The notes: a model not told the origin generated them from the letters alone. A stretch of DNA of 32,000 nt from a bacterium (GCA_963624325.1 CAVFPH010000002.1:28401-60400), one strand, 5' to 3'; positions 15,925 to 26,000 are shown, counted from the first letter of the stretch. Made by a program: numbers and translations.

Positions 15925-17471
15925 CCCAGAAACTGCCCTTCAAAGAGCCCCCGCGCAGGCGGCACAGCAACACAAGGCGGCTGATGTTTCACTTGTGGCT
16001 GTTTGTCTTGCTTGGCACGGCGCTGCTCGCTCTTGGCATTGTCGGGCGCGTAAAATTGCACGGCATCTATGAGCAGCAGCTGCTTGCAAAGCGCAGTGAT
16101 GCGCTGATTACCAACTCTACCGATCTGGTTAAATCCACGGCTGAGGCCCTTGCGGGCACAAACAACAGCCTGCGCACCAAGATTTCCAGCGGTCTTAGCA
16201 CCAAATCCCGCTCCGTCAAAAATACGGCTTCTCAAATGCTGACCGACGGAAGCAGCTCCGAGGAAACGCTGGAATACATTGTGGATACCCTGTCCCAGGC
16301 CGCGGTTTCCAAGCTGAAGGATAGCGATGAGGCGCAGGCCGCGCTCAAAGCCGCCGTATCCGAAAAGCTTGCGGCGGAGCGTGACAATATCATTTCCACC
16401 GTCATTGCAGACGCAGAAGCAGATATCTCCACCATGTCCGTTGAAGATGTGCGCAAAGATCTGACGGCAAGCACATCCGGTTATGCCATGATGTACTACA
16501 GTGTTCTGATGCTGTGGGTGGGCGGCGTGCTGCTTGGGCTGGCCGCCGGACTGGCATTGGTGCGGATTTTCGGCAGCGCCGATCTGCACAAGAAGGTCAC
16601 CGATATCATTGAGCCCATGGATTACCTGCTGCCCTTCTTCCTGGGCGTAGTCGTGTTTACCCTGTACCCCATGGTACGCGTTTTCATCATGGCCTTCCAG
16701 CAGCGCTATAAACTGACGGGTGAATTTTCCGGCTGGGGATTCGGCAATTTCACAGACGTACTGCAGGGCATCGGCACAAAGCTTCCGCAGGCCATCGGAA
16801 ATACATTTGTGTACGTCATACTGACCGTGCCGATTTCTACCGTAATTGCCCTGCTGCTTGCTTATCTGCTGAACCAGAAAATCAAGTTCCGCGCCCTGTT
16901 CCAGACGGCTTACTTTCTGCCGATGGTCACCAGTGCCACGGCCGTCGGTCTGGTTTGGAAGTACATGTTCCAGGAAAATTACGGCCTGATCAACTGGCTG
17001 CTGTCCCTTTTTGATGTCGCAAAGATTCCGTGGCTGACAAAATCCGCCTACTCCATGGCTGTCATGGTCATCTACGGCATTTGGGACTCTCTGCCCTTTA
17101 CGATCATCCTGCTGATTTCGGGGCTGCAGAATATTGACGATCATTACTACACCGTTGCAAAGGTGGATGGTGCCCGGGCAAAGCGCATTTTCTTCCGCAT
17201 TACCGTGCCCCTGCTCTCCCCTACCATCGGTCTGGTGCTGATCATCAACAGTATTTCGGCCTTCAAGGTGTTCAACTCCGTCATTGTGCTGTTCTCCGGC
17301 AATCCCGGGCCGAACAACAACATGTACACCATGACGTACTACATATACGAGCAGATCAACACCAGTCTGGAATACGGCCGCGCCGCCGCAGCTTCCCTGA
17401 TCCTGTTCGTCATCATCCTGCTGTTCACCATGCTGCAGCGCTTTGTGCAGCGCCGCTGGACCTATAATTAA
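15921..17471 (+). CDS. ABC sugar permease (MalF/UgpA-like core) with an N-terminal extension of about 225 aa
   Basis: The ATG overlaps the ATPase stop (ATGA) and is preceded by GGGGAGG. The C-terminal ~290 aa are a typical CUT1 permease, with the EAA-type loop VAKVDGARAKRIFFRITVPLL. The N-terminal part consists of a basic tail, a TM segment, about 150 aa of Ala/Ser/Glu-rich sequence, and a second TM segment. Confidence 0.85.
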   Translation: MTQKLPFKEPPRRRHSNTRRLMFHLWLFVLLGTALLALGIVGRVKLHGIYEQQLLAKRSDALITNSTDLVKSTAEALAGTNNSLRTKISSGLSTKSRSVKNTASQMLTDGSSSEETLEYIVDTLSQAAVSKLKDSDEAQAALKAAVSEKLAAERDNIISTVIADAEADISTMSVEDVRKDLTASTSGYAMMYYSVLMLWVGGVLLGLAAGLALVRIFGSADLHKKVTDIIEPMDYLLPFFLGVVVFTLYPMVRVFIMAFQQRYKLTGEFSGWGFGNFTDVLQGIGTKLPQAIGNTFVYVILTVPISTVIALLLAYLLNQKIKFRALFQTAYFLPMVTSATAVGLVWKYMFQENYGLINWLLSLFDVAKIPWLTKSAYSMAVMVIYGIWDSLPFTIILLISGLQNIDDHYYTVAKVDGARAKRIFFRITVPLLSPTIGLVLIINSISAFKVFNSVIVLFSGNPGPNNNMYTMTYYIYEQINTSLEYGRAAAASLILFVIILLFTMLQRFVQRRWTYN

Positions 17472-17486
17472 GGAGGTGCAAGCGCC

Positions 17487-18926
17487 ATGAAAAAGACTTC
17501 ATTAAAGGTGCAGATCGGTACGCTTGCCCTCATTCTGGGCGCCGTGGTCCTTGTGCTTGCACTTGTCGGGCTTCTGACCGCCGCATCCCGTGTTCCCGTT
17601 ACCGATGCCGACCGTCTGCAGGAGGCAGAAAGCTGCGAAGCGACGCTGGCGACCCTACATAAGCTTGTTACCGCGCAGATCGATGACGTGGTGGAATACT
17701 ATCATGACCAGGCAGAGCAGGCCGAGGATGCGTCCTTGCAGCAGCAGTACAGCGAACGGGAAACGCTGTTTTCGAGCCTCTACGATGAGCTGAGCGACGG
17801 CAAGCCGCTGAGCGATGAAACGTACAAAAAGATTTACCGCATGCAGTCCATCAACGCCGTCGATGCCGAGGTCACGCCGCTGAATATCCTGCAAAACACG
17901 CTCAATTCGATGATGGAGAACCAGAGCAAAGCAGCTGAAGCGCGTGCGGCAATCACCACGGATGAGGCTGTCCTCCGGGAGCAAATTGCCGGGCAGGGAG
18001 AAAACACGGATTCTCAGATCAATCGTTTCCCCTACTATGCGGGAATCGTTTTGGGCGCCATCTGCATGGTGCTCGGGTTCATATTCAACCATACCTACCG
18101 CGTACGCTATACGCTGAGCCACATTTTCCTCTACCTTATGCTGATACTCGGCGCGCTGATCATGGTTTTCCCCTTCTACTGGATGATCTCCTCCTCCTTC
18201 AAAACACGCATCGAGGTTAACAGCTTCCCGCCCGAATTTTTCCCAAGCAACCCCTTCAACATTGACAATTACCGCATTGCCTTTAAGCAGGCGCCATTCG
18301 CCCGTTATTTTCTGAATTCCGTCATCGTCTGTGCCTGCAGTGTTGCAATTGTCACCTTCACCACCATTCTGGCGGCTTTCGCATTCTCAAGGCTGAAGTT
18401 TCCGGGGCGTGAATTTATCTTTTCCGCCCTGCTGAGCATGATGATGCTGCCCTTTGAAATGCTGGTTATCACCAACTATACCACCATCATCCGCCTAAAC
18501 CTGAACGACAGCCTGCCCGCCCTGATTATCCCCTTCATTTCCTCCATCTTCTACACCTACATCATGCGCAACTTCTTTGCCTCCATACCGGACAGCCTGT
18601 ACTGGTCGGCCCGTGTGGACGGCTGCAGCAACTGGCGCTACCTGTGGAAGGTAATGGTTCCCATCGGCCGTCCCTCACTGGTTACCGTCGTTCTGCTGAA
18701 CGCGCTTGCCAGCTGGAACAGCTTCATGTGGCCCTTGCTGGTCATTAAAACCACTAAGAATCGTACTTTGCCGTTTGGATTGTATGCATTCACCACTGAG
18801 GCCGGTTCTCAGCAGGAATTGATCATGGCTGCCTCCACTGTCGTTGTTCTGCCCATGATCTTGCTGTTCCTGTTTGCACGCAAGCAGATCCTGCGTGGTG
18901 TTGCACGCGGCGGCATCAAGGGATAA
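17487..18926 (+). CDS. ABC sugar permease (MalG/UgpE-like core) with an N-terminal extension of about 200 aa
   Basis: The ATG follows AAGGAGG. The C-terminal ~280 aa are a typical MalG-like permease (SARVDGCSNWRYLWKVMVPIGRP). The N-terminal part is a TM segment, about 150 aa of Glu/Gln/Ala-rich sequence, and a second TM segment. Confidence 0.85.
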   Translation: MKKTSLKVQIGTLALILGAVVLVLALVGLLTAASRVPVTDADRLQEAESCEATLATLHKLVTAQIDDVVEYYHDQAEQAEDASLQQQYSERETLFSSLYDELSDGKPLSDETYKKIYRMQSINAVDAEVTPLNILQNTLNSMMENQSKAAEARAAITTDEAVLREQIAGQGENTDSQINRFPYYAGIVLGAICMVLGFIFNHTYRVRYTLSHIFLYLMLILGALIMVFPFYWMISSSFKTRIEVNSFPPEFFPSNPFNIDNYRIAFKQAPFARYFLNSVIVCACSVAIVTFTTILAAFAFSRLKFPGREFIFSALLSMMMLPFEMLVITNYTTIIRLNLNDSLPALIIPFISSIFYTYIMRNFFASIPDSLYWSARVDGCSNWRYLWKVMVPIGRPSLVTVVLLNALASWNSFMWPLLVIKTTKNRTLPFGLYAFTTEAGSQQELIMAASTVVVLPMILLFLFARKQILRGVARGGIKG

Positions 18927-18982
18927 TTGTTCAAGGCTTTCACGGTTCGCCAAAGTACTCTTGCATGTATGATGATTCTGTG

Positions 18983-19020
18983 AAAAACCTCCTGCCGTCG
19001 TATGGCGGCAGGAGGTTTCT
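18983..19020. terminator. bidirectional intrinsic terminator (first of two) between convergent genes
   Basis: CCTCCTGCCG (18988-18997) pairs with CGGCAGGAGG (19006-19015). The stem is flanked by AAAAA upstream and TTT downstream. Confidence 0.7.
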
Positions 19021-19031
19021 GTATCTGCATG

Positions 19032-19067
19032 AAAAAAAGCAGGGTTATAATCACCCTGCCGTTTTTT
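19032..19067. terminator. bidirectional intrinsic terminator (second of two)
   Basis: AAAAAAA-GCAGGGT-TATAATC-ACCCTGC-CGTTTTTT, so there are U-tracts on both strands. Confidence 0.75.
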
Positions 19068-19076
19068 GTGTGGATA

Positions 19077-20606
19077 TTATTCTTCGCTCTTGGTTTCCGC
19101 AGCGGTATCCGCAGCGGTATCGGAATCGGTGTCAGAAGCCGGGTTGGCGGAAGTCACGGTAAACGTGGCGTTGGAAGCCGCGGTATCCGTTTCGTCCGCA
19201 GCCGTCAGAGAATCGATCACATCCTGATAAACCGTAATCTCCATATCGGCCTTCCACTCTGTCAGGCCGGCAGTGTACGCTTCATTGACCTTGCTGTTTA
19301 CCAGATAATCAGCGATTTCCTCGTGAATTTCATCCGTCATCACAAGGCCGCCTTCCATATCGGCCAGATAATAGAGCACATGCACGCCGTAGCTGCCGAT
19401 TACAGGATCACTGTAGTCGCCGACCTTGGCCATTTTGTCCTGGAAAGCGCCCTGCGTGAAGGCCGAATCATAAATGATGCTGTCCTTATGCACGGGATAG
19501 CCGGCTGCCAGCGTCTCTTCATCCTGCATGCCGGGATCCTCACCGTATTCCGCAACCAGGGTCTGGAAGCTCTCTCCCTTTTCAAGGCGGGCGTAGATGT
19601 CATCCAGCTTAGGCTGAACATAGGCAAGCACCGCTTCACGGGCGGCATCCAGCGCGGTCTGCGCGGCAGCAACCGCCTCGGCATCGGGGGTTTCGGCGCC
19701 TTCGGCCTCATCATAGGCATTCTGCGCTGCGGTGTAGGCCGTAAGCAGGTCATCATCAACGGTCAGCAGGATGTGCAGGATGGCACGGTATCCTTCCGGA
19801 ACATACCAGCTCTCCGCACCGTAATACTGCGTGTAGTACTCATAGAGCGGCACGTTGCCCTCGTACTGCTCACGATACTGCTCGCCGTACTCATTGAAGA
19901 CAGCGGTGATCTCATCCTCGGTGGGCGTGTAGCCGTTGGAAAGCTGATCATCCAGGCGATCATATTCTGCCTCAAGCATCAGGTTATTTGCAATCTTCTC
20001 CTGGGTGTAGCCGTAGCTTTCGTAGTAAGCAACCGCCTGAAGGCGCAGGCTGTCACGCTGCTCCTGCGTATCCTCGGTCAGGTAGTTTTCGATGTAGGAG
20101 CTGATCATTTCTTCCCAGTCTTCAGCCGCCTCATTATCAAAAGCAGCCTTTTCCTCATCGGTAAACTGATCCAGACCGGCCTTGGTGATGTAATGCGATA
20201 CAATCTCCTGGTTGACCAGGTATTCTACGGCATAGTCATAATCGTTTTCGGTATCGGTATAGCCGTAGTAGTAGAGCAGCTCGGCATAATACTGCGCATC
20301 GGACAGCAGAATTGCCTTGCCGTCCACAACGGCCAGCACGGTGCTGTCATCGGCAGTATCCTCTTCGGCATCTGCCGTGGTATCCGGAGCATCAGTTGCC
20401 TCGGTGATGGGCGTTGCGGCGGGAACCTCAGTGGGAGCCTCGGTGGGAGCTTCGGTAGGAGCTTCGGTGGGAACCTCGGTCACAACCGGAGCGGCGGTGG
20501 GATCGGCAGCTACCTGCTTGGCATCCCAGGGTTTGATAATCAGGAGTGCGGCGGCGATAACAACCAGCACCGCACACAAGACAAGGATTGGTTTCTTGGA
20601 TTTCAT
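19077..20606 (-). CDS. membrane-anchored PrsA/SurA-like peptidyl-prolyl isomerase (parvulin domain)
   Basis: This is ORF 19077..20666, trimmed to the ATG at 20606, after AGAGGGGAAGAAAAC. It has an N-terminal anchor (MKSKKPILVLCAVLVVIAAALLI) and a TEAP repeat linker. The parvulin-like block is AILHILL...LEKGESFQTLVAEYGEDPG...KVGDYSDPVIGSYGVHVLYYL. The C-terminal tail is Asp/Thr/Ala-rich and acidic. Confidence 0.75.
   Translation of the reverse strand: MKSKKPILVLCAVLVVIAAALLIIKPWDAKQVAADPTAAPVVTEVPTEAPTEAPTEAPTEVPAATPITEATDAPDTTADAEEDTADDSTVLAVVDGKAILLSDAQYYAELLYYYGYTDTENDYDYAVEYLVNQEIVSHYITKAGLDQFTDEEKAAFDNEAAEDWEEMISSYIENYLTEDTQEQRDSLRLQAVAYYESYGYTQEKIANNLMLEAEYDRLDDQLSNGYTPTEDEITAVFNEYGEQYREQYEGNVPLYEYYTQYYGAESWYVPEGYRAILHILLTVDDDLLTAYTAAQNAYDEAEGAETPDAEAVAAAQTALDAAREAVLAYVQPKLDDIYARLEKGESFQTLVAEYGEDPGMQDEETLAAGYPVHKDSIIYDSAFTQGAFQDKMAKVGDYSDPVIGSYGVHVLYYLADMEGGLVMTDEIHEEIADYLVNSKVNEAYTAGLTEWKADMEITVYQDVIDSLTAADETDTAASNATFTVTSANPASDTDSDTAADTAAETKSEE
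20421..20482 (-). repeat. about five tandem 12-nt repeats inside the parvulin gene, encoding (P)TEAP/TEVP linker units
   Basis: The plus strand reads cctcagtgggag / cctcggtgggag / cttcggtaggag / cttcggtgggaa / cctcggtcacaa. The product contains VVTEVPTEAPTEAPTEAPTEVPAATP. Confidence 0.7.
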
Positions 20607-20764
20607 TGTTTTCTTCCCCTCTTCTTTTCGACCATATAGATTGATCGCCTGCCTATTATGGCACAATCGGCAGGCAGGTGCAAGTGTTTTCTTCCTTTTG
20701 CGAAAATGTTACAAACCAGACACATTTTTCGCCCGTCACGGTTTGCAATTCGCAGCTGTTTCCG

Positions 20765-21223
20765 TTATAATGGAACTGTATTATCTGCCCGCCGCGCCCC
20801 GAAAAAATCACGCAGCAGCTGTGCGCATTCCTGCTCCAGCACGCCGCCCATGCACGCTGCACGGTGGAAGAAGGCCGGGTCGTGAGGCAGATCATACACA
20901 CTGCCGCAGCATCCCTGCCGCGCATCATATGCGCCGAACACACAGGCATCCAGCTGCGCCATCACAATCGCGCCGGCGCACATCGGGCAGGGTTCCAGCG
21001 TTACGTAAAGCGTACAGCCCTTCAGCCGCCTTGTGTGCAGCGCACGGCAGGCACGCTCGATTGCCAGTATCTCGGCATGGGCCAATGGGTTGTCCTGTGC
21101 TTCGCGCTCATTATGCGCGCAGGCGATTACCTGCCCGTCCCGCACGATTACTGCACCCACGGGCACATCCGTACCGCTCAGTGCGGCCTGTTCAAGTGCC
21201 AGGCGCATAAATTGCTCATGCAT
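20765..21223 (-). CDS. tadA: tRNA adenosine(34) deaminase
   Basis: This is the 3' part of ORF 20765..22000, from the ATG at 21223 after GGGGGAGAAGC. It gives 152 aa with the HAEILAI and LEPCPMCAGA zinc-deaminase motifs. Confidence 0.9.
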   Translation of the reverse strand: MHEQFMRLALEQAALSGTDVPVGAVIVRDGQVIACAHNEREAQDNPLAHAEILAIERACRALHTRRLKGCTLYVTLEPCPMCAGAIVMAQLDACVFGAYDARQGCCGSVYDLPHDPAFFHRAACMGGVLEQECAQLLRDFFGARRADNTVPL

Positions 21224-21283
21224 GCTTCTCCCCCCTGCTTTGCATTCTACCATGACAGCCCGCAAAGGGCAAGGAGGTTTTTT

Positions 21284-21844
21284 ATGACGAATTCCGTACT
21301 CGATACCATTGCCGCCCGCAGGAGCCATCGTGCTTATCAGGATACCCCCATTACGCAGGAGCAGCTGGATGTGCTGCTCACCGCCTGTCTGCAGGCGCCC
21401 AGCGCCGTCAACAAGCAGCCATGGCATATCTCGGTTGTGCGTGATCGGCAGCTGCTTTCCGATATCAATGATGCTACCCGTGACGGAATGCAGCGGAAAA
21501 GTGCCGATCAGCGCAGCCCCCGCTTTGAGGATAAAAAGTTTGATGTTTTCTACGGCGCGCCCCTTGTGTTCTTTTTGTCTGCCGATCCGACTTGGCGCTA
21601 CAGCATGATGGATTGCGGCATCGCGGTAGAAAACATTGCCTTGGCTGCCGAAAGCATCGGGCTGGGCAGTGTTATTCTGGGTCTGCCCCGAGAAGCCTTT
21701 GTCAGCGAGCGCGCCGAGGAATTCCGCCGCCGCTTGTGCTTCCTGCCAAATGAAGACTTTGCCATTGCAATTGCCGTCGGCGTCCCCGCGGATACCAAGG
21801 CCGCGCACCCCATTCACGATGGACACATCAGCTACGTCGGTTAA
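21284..21844 (+). CDS. nitroreductase-family (FMN) oxidoreductase
   Basis: This lies inside ORF 20864..21844, from the ATG at 21284 after AAGGAGG. MTNSVLDTIAARRSHRAYQDTPITQEQLDVLL...PSAVNKQPW is the typical nitroreductase N-terminus. Confidence 0.85.
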   Translation: MTNSVLDTIAARRSHRAYQDTPITQEQLDVLLTACLQAPSAVNKQPWHISVVRDRQLLSDINDATRDGMQRKSADQRSPRFEDKKFDVFYGAPLVFFLSADPTWRYSMMDCGIAVENIALAAESIGLGSVILGLPREAFVSERAEEFRRRLCFLPNEDFAIAIAVGVPADTKAAHPIHDGHISYVG

Positions 21845-21854
21845 GCGGCTGTCC

Positions 21855-23027
21855 ATGCGGCGCTTTTTATGCTGTCTGCTGCTGATCGTATTGCTGCTTT
21901 CATGTGTTGTCAGCACAAATGCCGCTGCCGATACCGCCACGCACCTGTTTGCGCTGAATATCGGCAAGGCTGATTGTCTGCTTCTGCTGACGGAAAGCAA
22001 GGCCTACCTGATTGATACCGGCTGGGAGCGCACCAGTGCTGCCATGCTCGAGCTGCTGCGCAGGAACAGCATTACCCACCTGGACGGCGTGTTTCTCTCC
22101 CACTGTGACCGGGACCATTACGGCGGCCTCTCCGCGCTGGCACAGAGCGATATTCAGGTGGATGCCTGGTATGCCTCCTCCATCTATTATGATATTCCGG
22201 GCAGCGGTCATCCCATGATTGCGGCTGCCGCGCAGCGCGGGCAGGAGGTTGCCTGGCTAAGTGCAGGGGACAAAATCGACATTTCCGATTCCGCCTCCTT
22301 CACCGTGCTGGGTCCGCTGACGCAGAACACGGAAAATGAAAACAACAACTCCCTGGTGCTGTACGTGCAAACCGCCGACGGCAGCATTTTGCTGACCGGT
22401 GATATGAAGCTGGATGAGGAATATGCCTTGCTGTCGGCCGGCGTCGTGCCTGCCTGCGATGTGCTGAAGGTTGCTTTTCATGGGGACGGCAGCGCGACAA
22501 GCAGCAGCTTTCTGCAGACAGTGTCGCCCCAGGCGGCAATCATCTGCACATCCACATTGGAGGAAGCGGATACCCCCGCGCATTCGCTGCTGAAATCTCT
22601 CGGCCGTCTGGATATCCCCTATGCCGTCACGCAGGACAGTACCCGGGGCATTGAGGTGACGCTGTCGGGCGGCACTGTCACATTGAGCGATATCGTATGG
22701 GATCTTCCCGATTACTCATCCTGCGTGCGAATGCAGTTTAACAGCACGGATCACATCCTGACGCTTTTGAACAGCAGCACGGAAGCGATTTCCCTATCCG
22801 GCTGGACGCTGTACGCAGCCCGCAGCAAGACCTGCTTTACCCTGCCGGATGATGCCTTGCTGCCAGCCAACGGCGTTTTCAAGATCGGTGCGCGCATCAC
22901 GGAAAAGGATGTATCGCTCCGCCTTGATGTCAAGCGGCTGTGGAACAAATCCCACTACGATCAGCTGATGCTCTACGATGCATCAGGCGCGTCGGTAGCC
23001 GTGATTGACAACGGCATGCCGGAATAA
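21855..23027 (+). CDS. secreted ComEC-type metallo-beta-lactamase-fold hydrolase fused to a lamin-tail-like (LTD) domain
   Basis: This lies inside ORF 21636..23027, from the ATG at 21855. It has a signal peptide (MRRFLCCLLLIVLLLSCVVSTNAAA) and MBL motifs (LSHCDRDHYGG, LLTGDM, AFHGDGS). The C-terminal ~110 aa resemble an LTD (LNSSTEAISLSGWTLYA...FTLPDDALLPANGVFKIG). The RBS is weak, and the gene starts 10 nt after the nitroreductase stop. Confidence 0.7.
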   Translation: MRRFLCCLLLIVLLLSCVVSTNAAADTATHLFALNIGKADCLLLLTESKAYLIDTGWERTSAAMLELLRRNSITHLDGVFLSHCDRDHYGGLSALAQSDIQVDAWYASSIYYDIPGSGHPMIAAAAQRGQEVAWLSAGDKIDISDSASFTVLGPLTQNTENENNNSLVLYVQTADGSILLTGDMKLDEEYALLSAGVVPACDVLKVAFHGDGSATSSSFLQTVSPQAAIICTSTLEEADTPAHSLLKSLGRLDIPYAVTQDSTRGIEVTLSGGTVTLSDIVWDLPDYSSCVRMQFNSTDHILTLLNSSTEAISLSGWTLYAARSKTCFTLPDDALLPANGVFKIGARITEKDVSLRLDVKRLWNKSHYDQLMLYDASGASVAVIDNGMPE

Positions 23028-23075
23028 AATTTTCATTCTATCGGTCGTATCATGCTTTCTGATGGAGGCTCATTT

Positions 23076-26000
23076 ATGCGTATTACCCGCAGATTCATCA
23101 CGATGCTGCTGTTTTTGCTGTCACTGTGCCTGCCCGTTTTTTGTGCCCGTGCTGCATCCGGGCAAATCAGCGGCTATGCCTGGCAGGCTCAAAGTGGGGA
23201 TAAAACCTATGATGCCGAGGATCACGCCCTGACGGGTGTGTCGGTCACGCTTTGCCGCGCGGAAGACGGGGCCGAAATCGCTCAGCAGACGGTAAACCGC
23301 AGCGGTGCATACGCCTTTATGGGCCTTGATGCGGGCAATTATTATCTGTCCGTCAAACTGCCGACGGGCTATCAGTTTATTGAGCCTTGCGACGGCGGAA
23401 GCATTATGCTTCCAGCAGACGGCGAAAGCAGCACCTCTGCAGTGTTTGCCCTTGCCGACAATCAGGTGATTGACAATGCGCACATCGGTGCATCCAAGTC
23501 TGTAGGTCATCTGCGGGTTTATGCCTTCGTGGATAAGAATGCGAACGGCGGGCGCAGCAATGCTGAGGATATGCTGCGCGGCGTCCAAACGGAATTGTAT
23601 TACCAGTATCAGGGCGAATGGGTCATGGTGGCCTCCTATACCACGGACAAGGACGGCTGCGCTACCTATTGGAGCATGACTCCCGGCACATATCGCATGC
23701 GTGTGGTGCTTCCCAATCCCTATATTATCGGTCCTCTGGGCGAAAAGATCAATGCCTGGTACAACTGTTTTCCGCCCTGTGACAGCAGCGACGGCTGGTC
23801 CGAACCCTTTGAAGTACCCAAAGGCAACAGCATCAACCTGGGGCTGGGTGCGGTAAGCACCGGCAGCTTAAGCGGCAGCCTTTGGTATGACGAAAATGCG
23901 GATGGCAAGCATGATGCCGCCGAACACGGGTACGCAGGCGCCGTCATTACGCTTGACAGTGATGAAGCCGGTGTTCATCGCTCGTTTGAAAGCACCGATG
24001 ATGGAACCTTTTCATTTGAGCGTTTGCTTGCAGGCACTTATACGCTGACCGTCACGCTGCCCGAAACCGCCATGTTTACCCTTCCCGGCGGGGATTCACT
24101 GTTTTCAAATGGCTATGCCTTCTGCCAGTCTGCCGATATCCCCATCACAACAGGCGAATCAACCGTCCTGCAATCCATCGGCATTATGGATGCCACCTCC
24201 CTTGAAATTCACTTTTATCATGATCTGAACGCAGACGGTACAATCGACGCGGATGATCTGCCGTTTTCCGGCGCAGCGGCCGAAATATTGGATGAGCAGG
24301 ATGCCGTGCTGCTTACGGCCGTCTCGGACGGTGACGGCATTGCTCGCTTCCCGGTAGTCCGCGGCGGCGATGTCCGCATACGCTGCACGCTTCCGGACGG
24401 CCAGGTATTTACCGTTGAAGGCGCGGAAAACGACTTTGTTTCGCTTGCCGCGCAAAGCACAATTACCCTGACGCACGATCTGGCGCATGGAGCTGCCGAT
24501 ACGCTTTATGCCGGCGTTACGCTGCCTGCGCAGATATCGGGCATGCTGTTCCTGGATCAAAATGTTTCCGGGGTCATGGACAATGGCGAGCAAGGGCTGG
24601 CCGATATCACAGTTCAGGCCGTCAATATGCGCGGGGAAGTTACAGCCGAAACCGTCACGGATGCATCCGGACGCTATCATTTTGACAGTCTGCTTCCCGC
24701 TTCCCATGCGATACGCTTTTTGCTGCAGGATGCCTATGTATTTGTGGAGCTTTCCGAGACGGGCGCAGAAACGGAAAATCACGTGATTCTGCAAACAGCC
24801 GAGTACGGCGAAACCGCCGAGGTCTCTCTTGCCCCCGGCCAGACAGCTGCGCATATCGATGGCGGCATTTTCAGAAGTGCAACGGTCTCCGGCCGCGTGC
24901 TGCTGGACTCGGGCATTCCCGCTCTGCCGCTGAGCGGCGGGCTTTCCGGCGTATGCGTCACCCTTTTGGATGAATATGGCGCCCCGGTTTCGGATACCAC
25001 CACCACCTATACCGACGAAAACGGCGATTATTATCTGAAAGGTGCGCTTCCCGGCACTTATTCTCTGGAATATACCCTGCCTGCGAATACAGCCTTCACC
25101 GTGCCAATGACGGAAAGCGAGGTTTGGTATTCCGAGCCGTTTACGCTTGAAGCCGCGGATGACCTGACCCAAAGTCCCCTCTATGCCGTTCCGACCGGCA
25201 GCCTGTCGGGCATTTTCTATCAGGATACCGATTTGAACGGCACCTACGATGCAGGCGAGCCTGAAATTGCCGACATCACGCTGACCGCCCACAACATGGA
25301 TTTGGATATCACCTACGAGGTTCGCTCCTTGGATAACGGGCAGTACATTTTTGATTCTCTGCGCCCCGGAGCCTATACCCTGTCCGTTGCATTGGAGGAT
25401 TCCATGTGCCTTGTAACGGACGCTTCCTCGCCCTTTACGGCCACGCCAAATTCCTCGGCGCGGGCGGAGCTGTCCATCGGAGCGGGAGATCATCAGCAAT
25501 ATCGAAATATTGCCGCTGCCTATACCGCCAGCCTTGCGGGAACCTTGTTTATGGACAGCGGGAACAACAATCATTTGGACGAGCAGGACGAGGGAGCCGC
25601 GCAGATTCCCGTTACGCTGAAGGCCGTAAACAATCCGCTGTCCTACACATTTCTGACCGATGAAAGCGGCATTTTCTCCCTGTCCGCCATTGCGCCGGGT
25701 GATTATCGGCTGTATGTTTCCCTGCCGACGGATTGCATCCCCGCCGACGGCAATCCTGCCGTACTGACGGACGGATTCTGGGTGTCAGATGTCCATATCG
25801 GAAGCGGCGATCAGGCTGATCTTACCTATGCCATATTGCGATATGCGCGTGCAGCGGGACATGTATGGAGCATGGACGGCTCCCTGACCGGCGTATCCAA
25901 CCGCGCAGTCACGCTCTACCGGGATGGAAATGCGCTGTCCACCGTCACCACAGATGCCGACGGTGCCTTTGAGTTTTTGCAGCTGAAACCCGGCCTTTAT

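Noticed and set aside
15816-17144. A 442-aa minus-strand ORF inside the first permease gene. The same applies to 24159..25574 (minus), 27405..28607 (plus) and 28417..29340 (plus).
   Set aside because: All of them lie antisense to genes with clear family signatures (ABC permease, SdrD-like repeats, metI/metN). They have the Arg/Gly/His/Gln-rich composition of GC-rich shadow frames.
19002-20639. A 545-aa plus-strand ORF, the longest ORF at this locus.
   Set aside because: It is antisense to the parvulin gene. The minus-strand product has a signal anchor, a good SD and a recognisable PPIase block, whereas the plus-strand product is repetitive Gly/Ile/Arg-rich with no motifs.
21224-22000. The upstream 259 codons of the 411-aa minus-strand ORF 20765..22000.
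   Set aside because: Only the last 152 codons (tadA, with its own SD and ATG at 21223) look real. The extension runs antisense through the nitroreductase and MBL genes.
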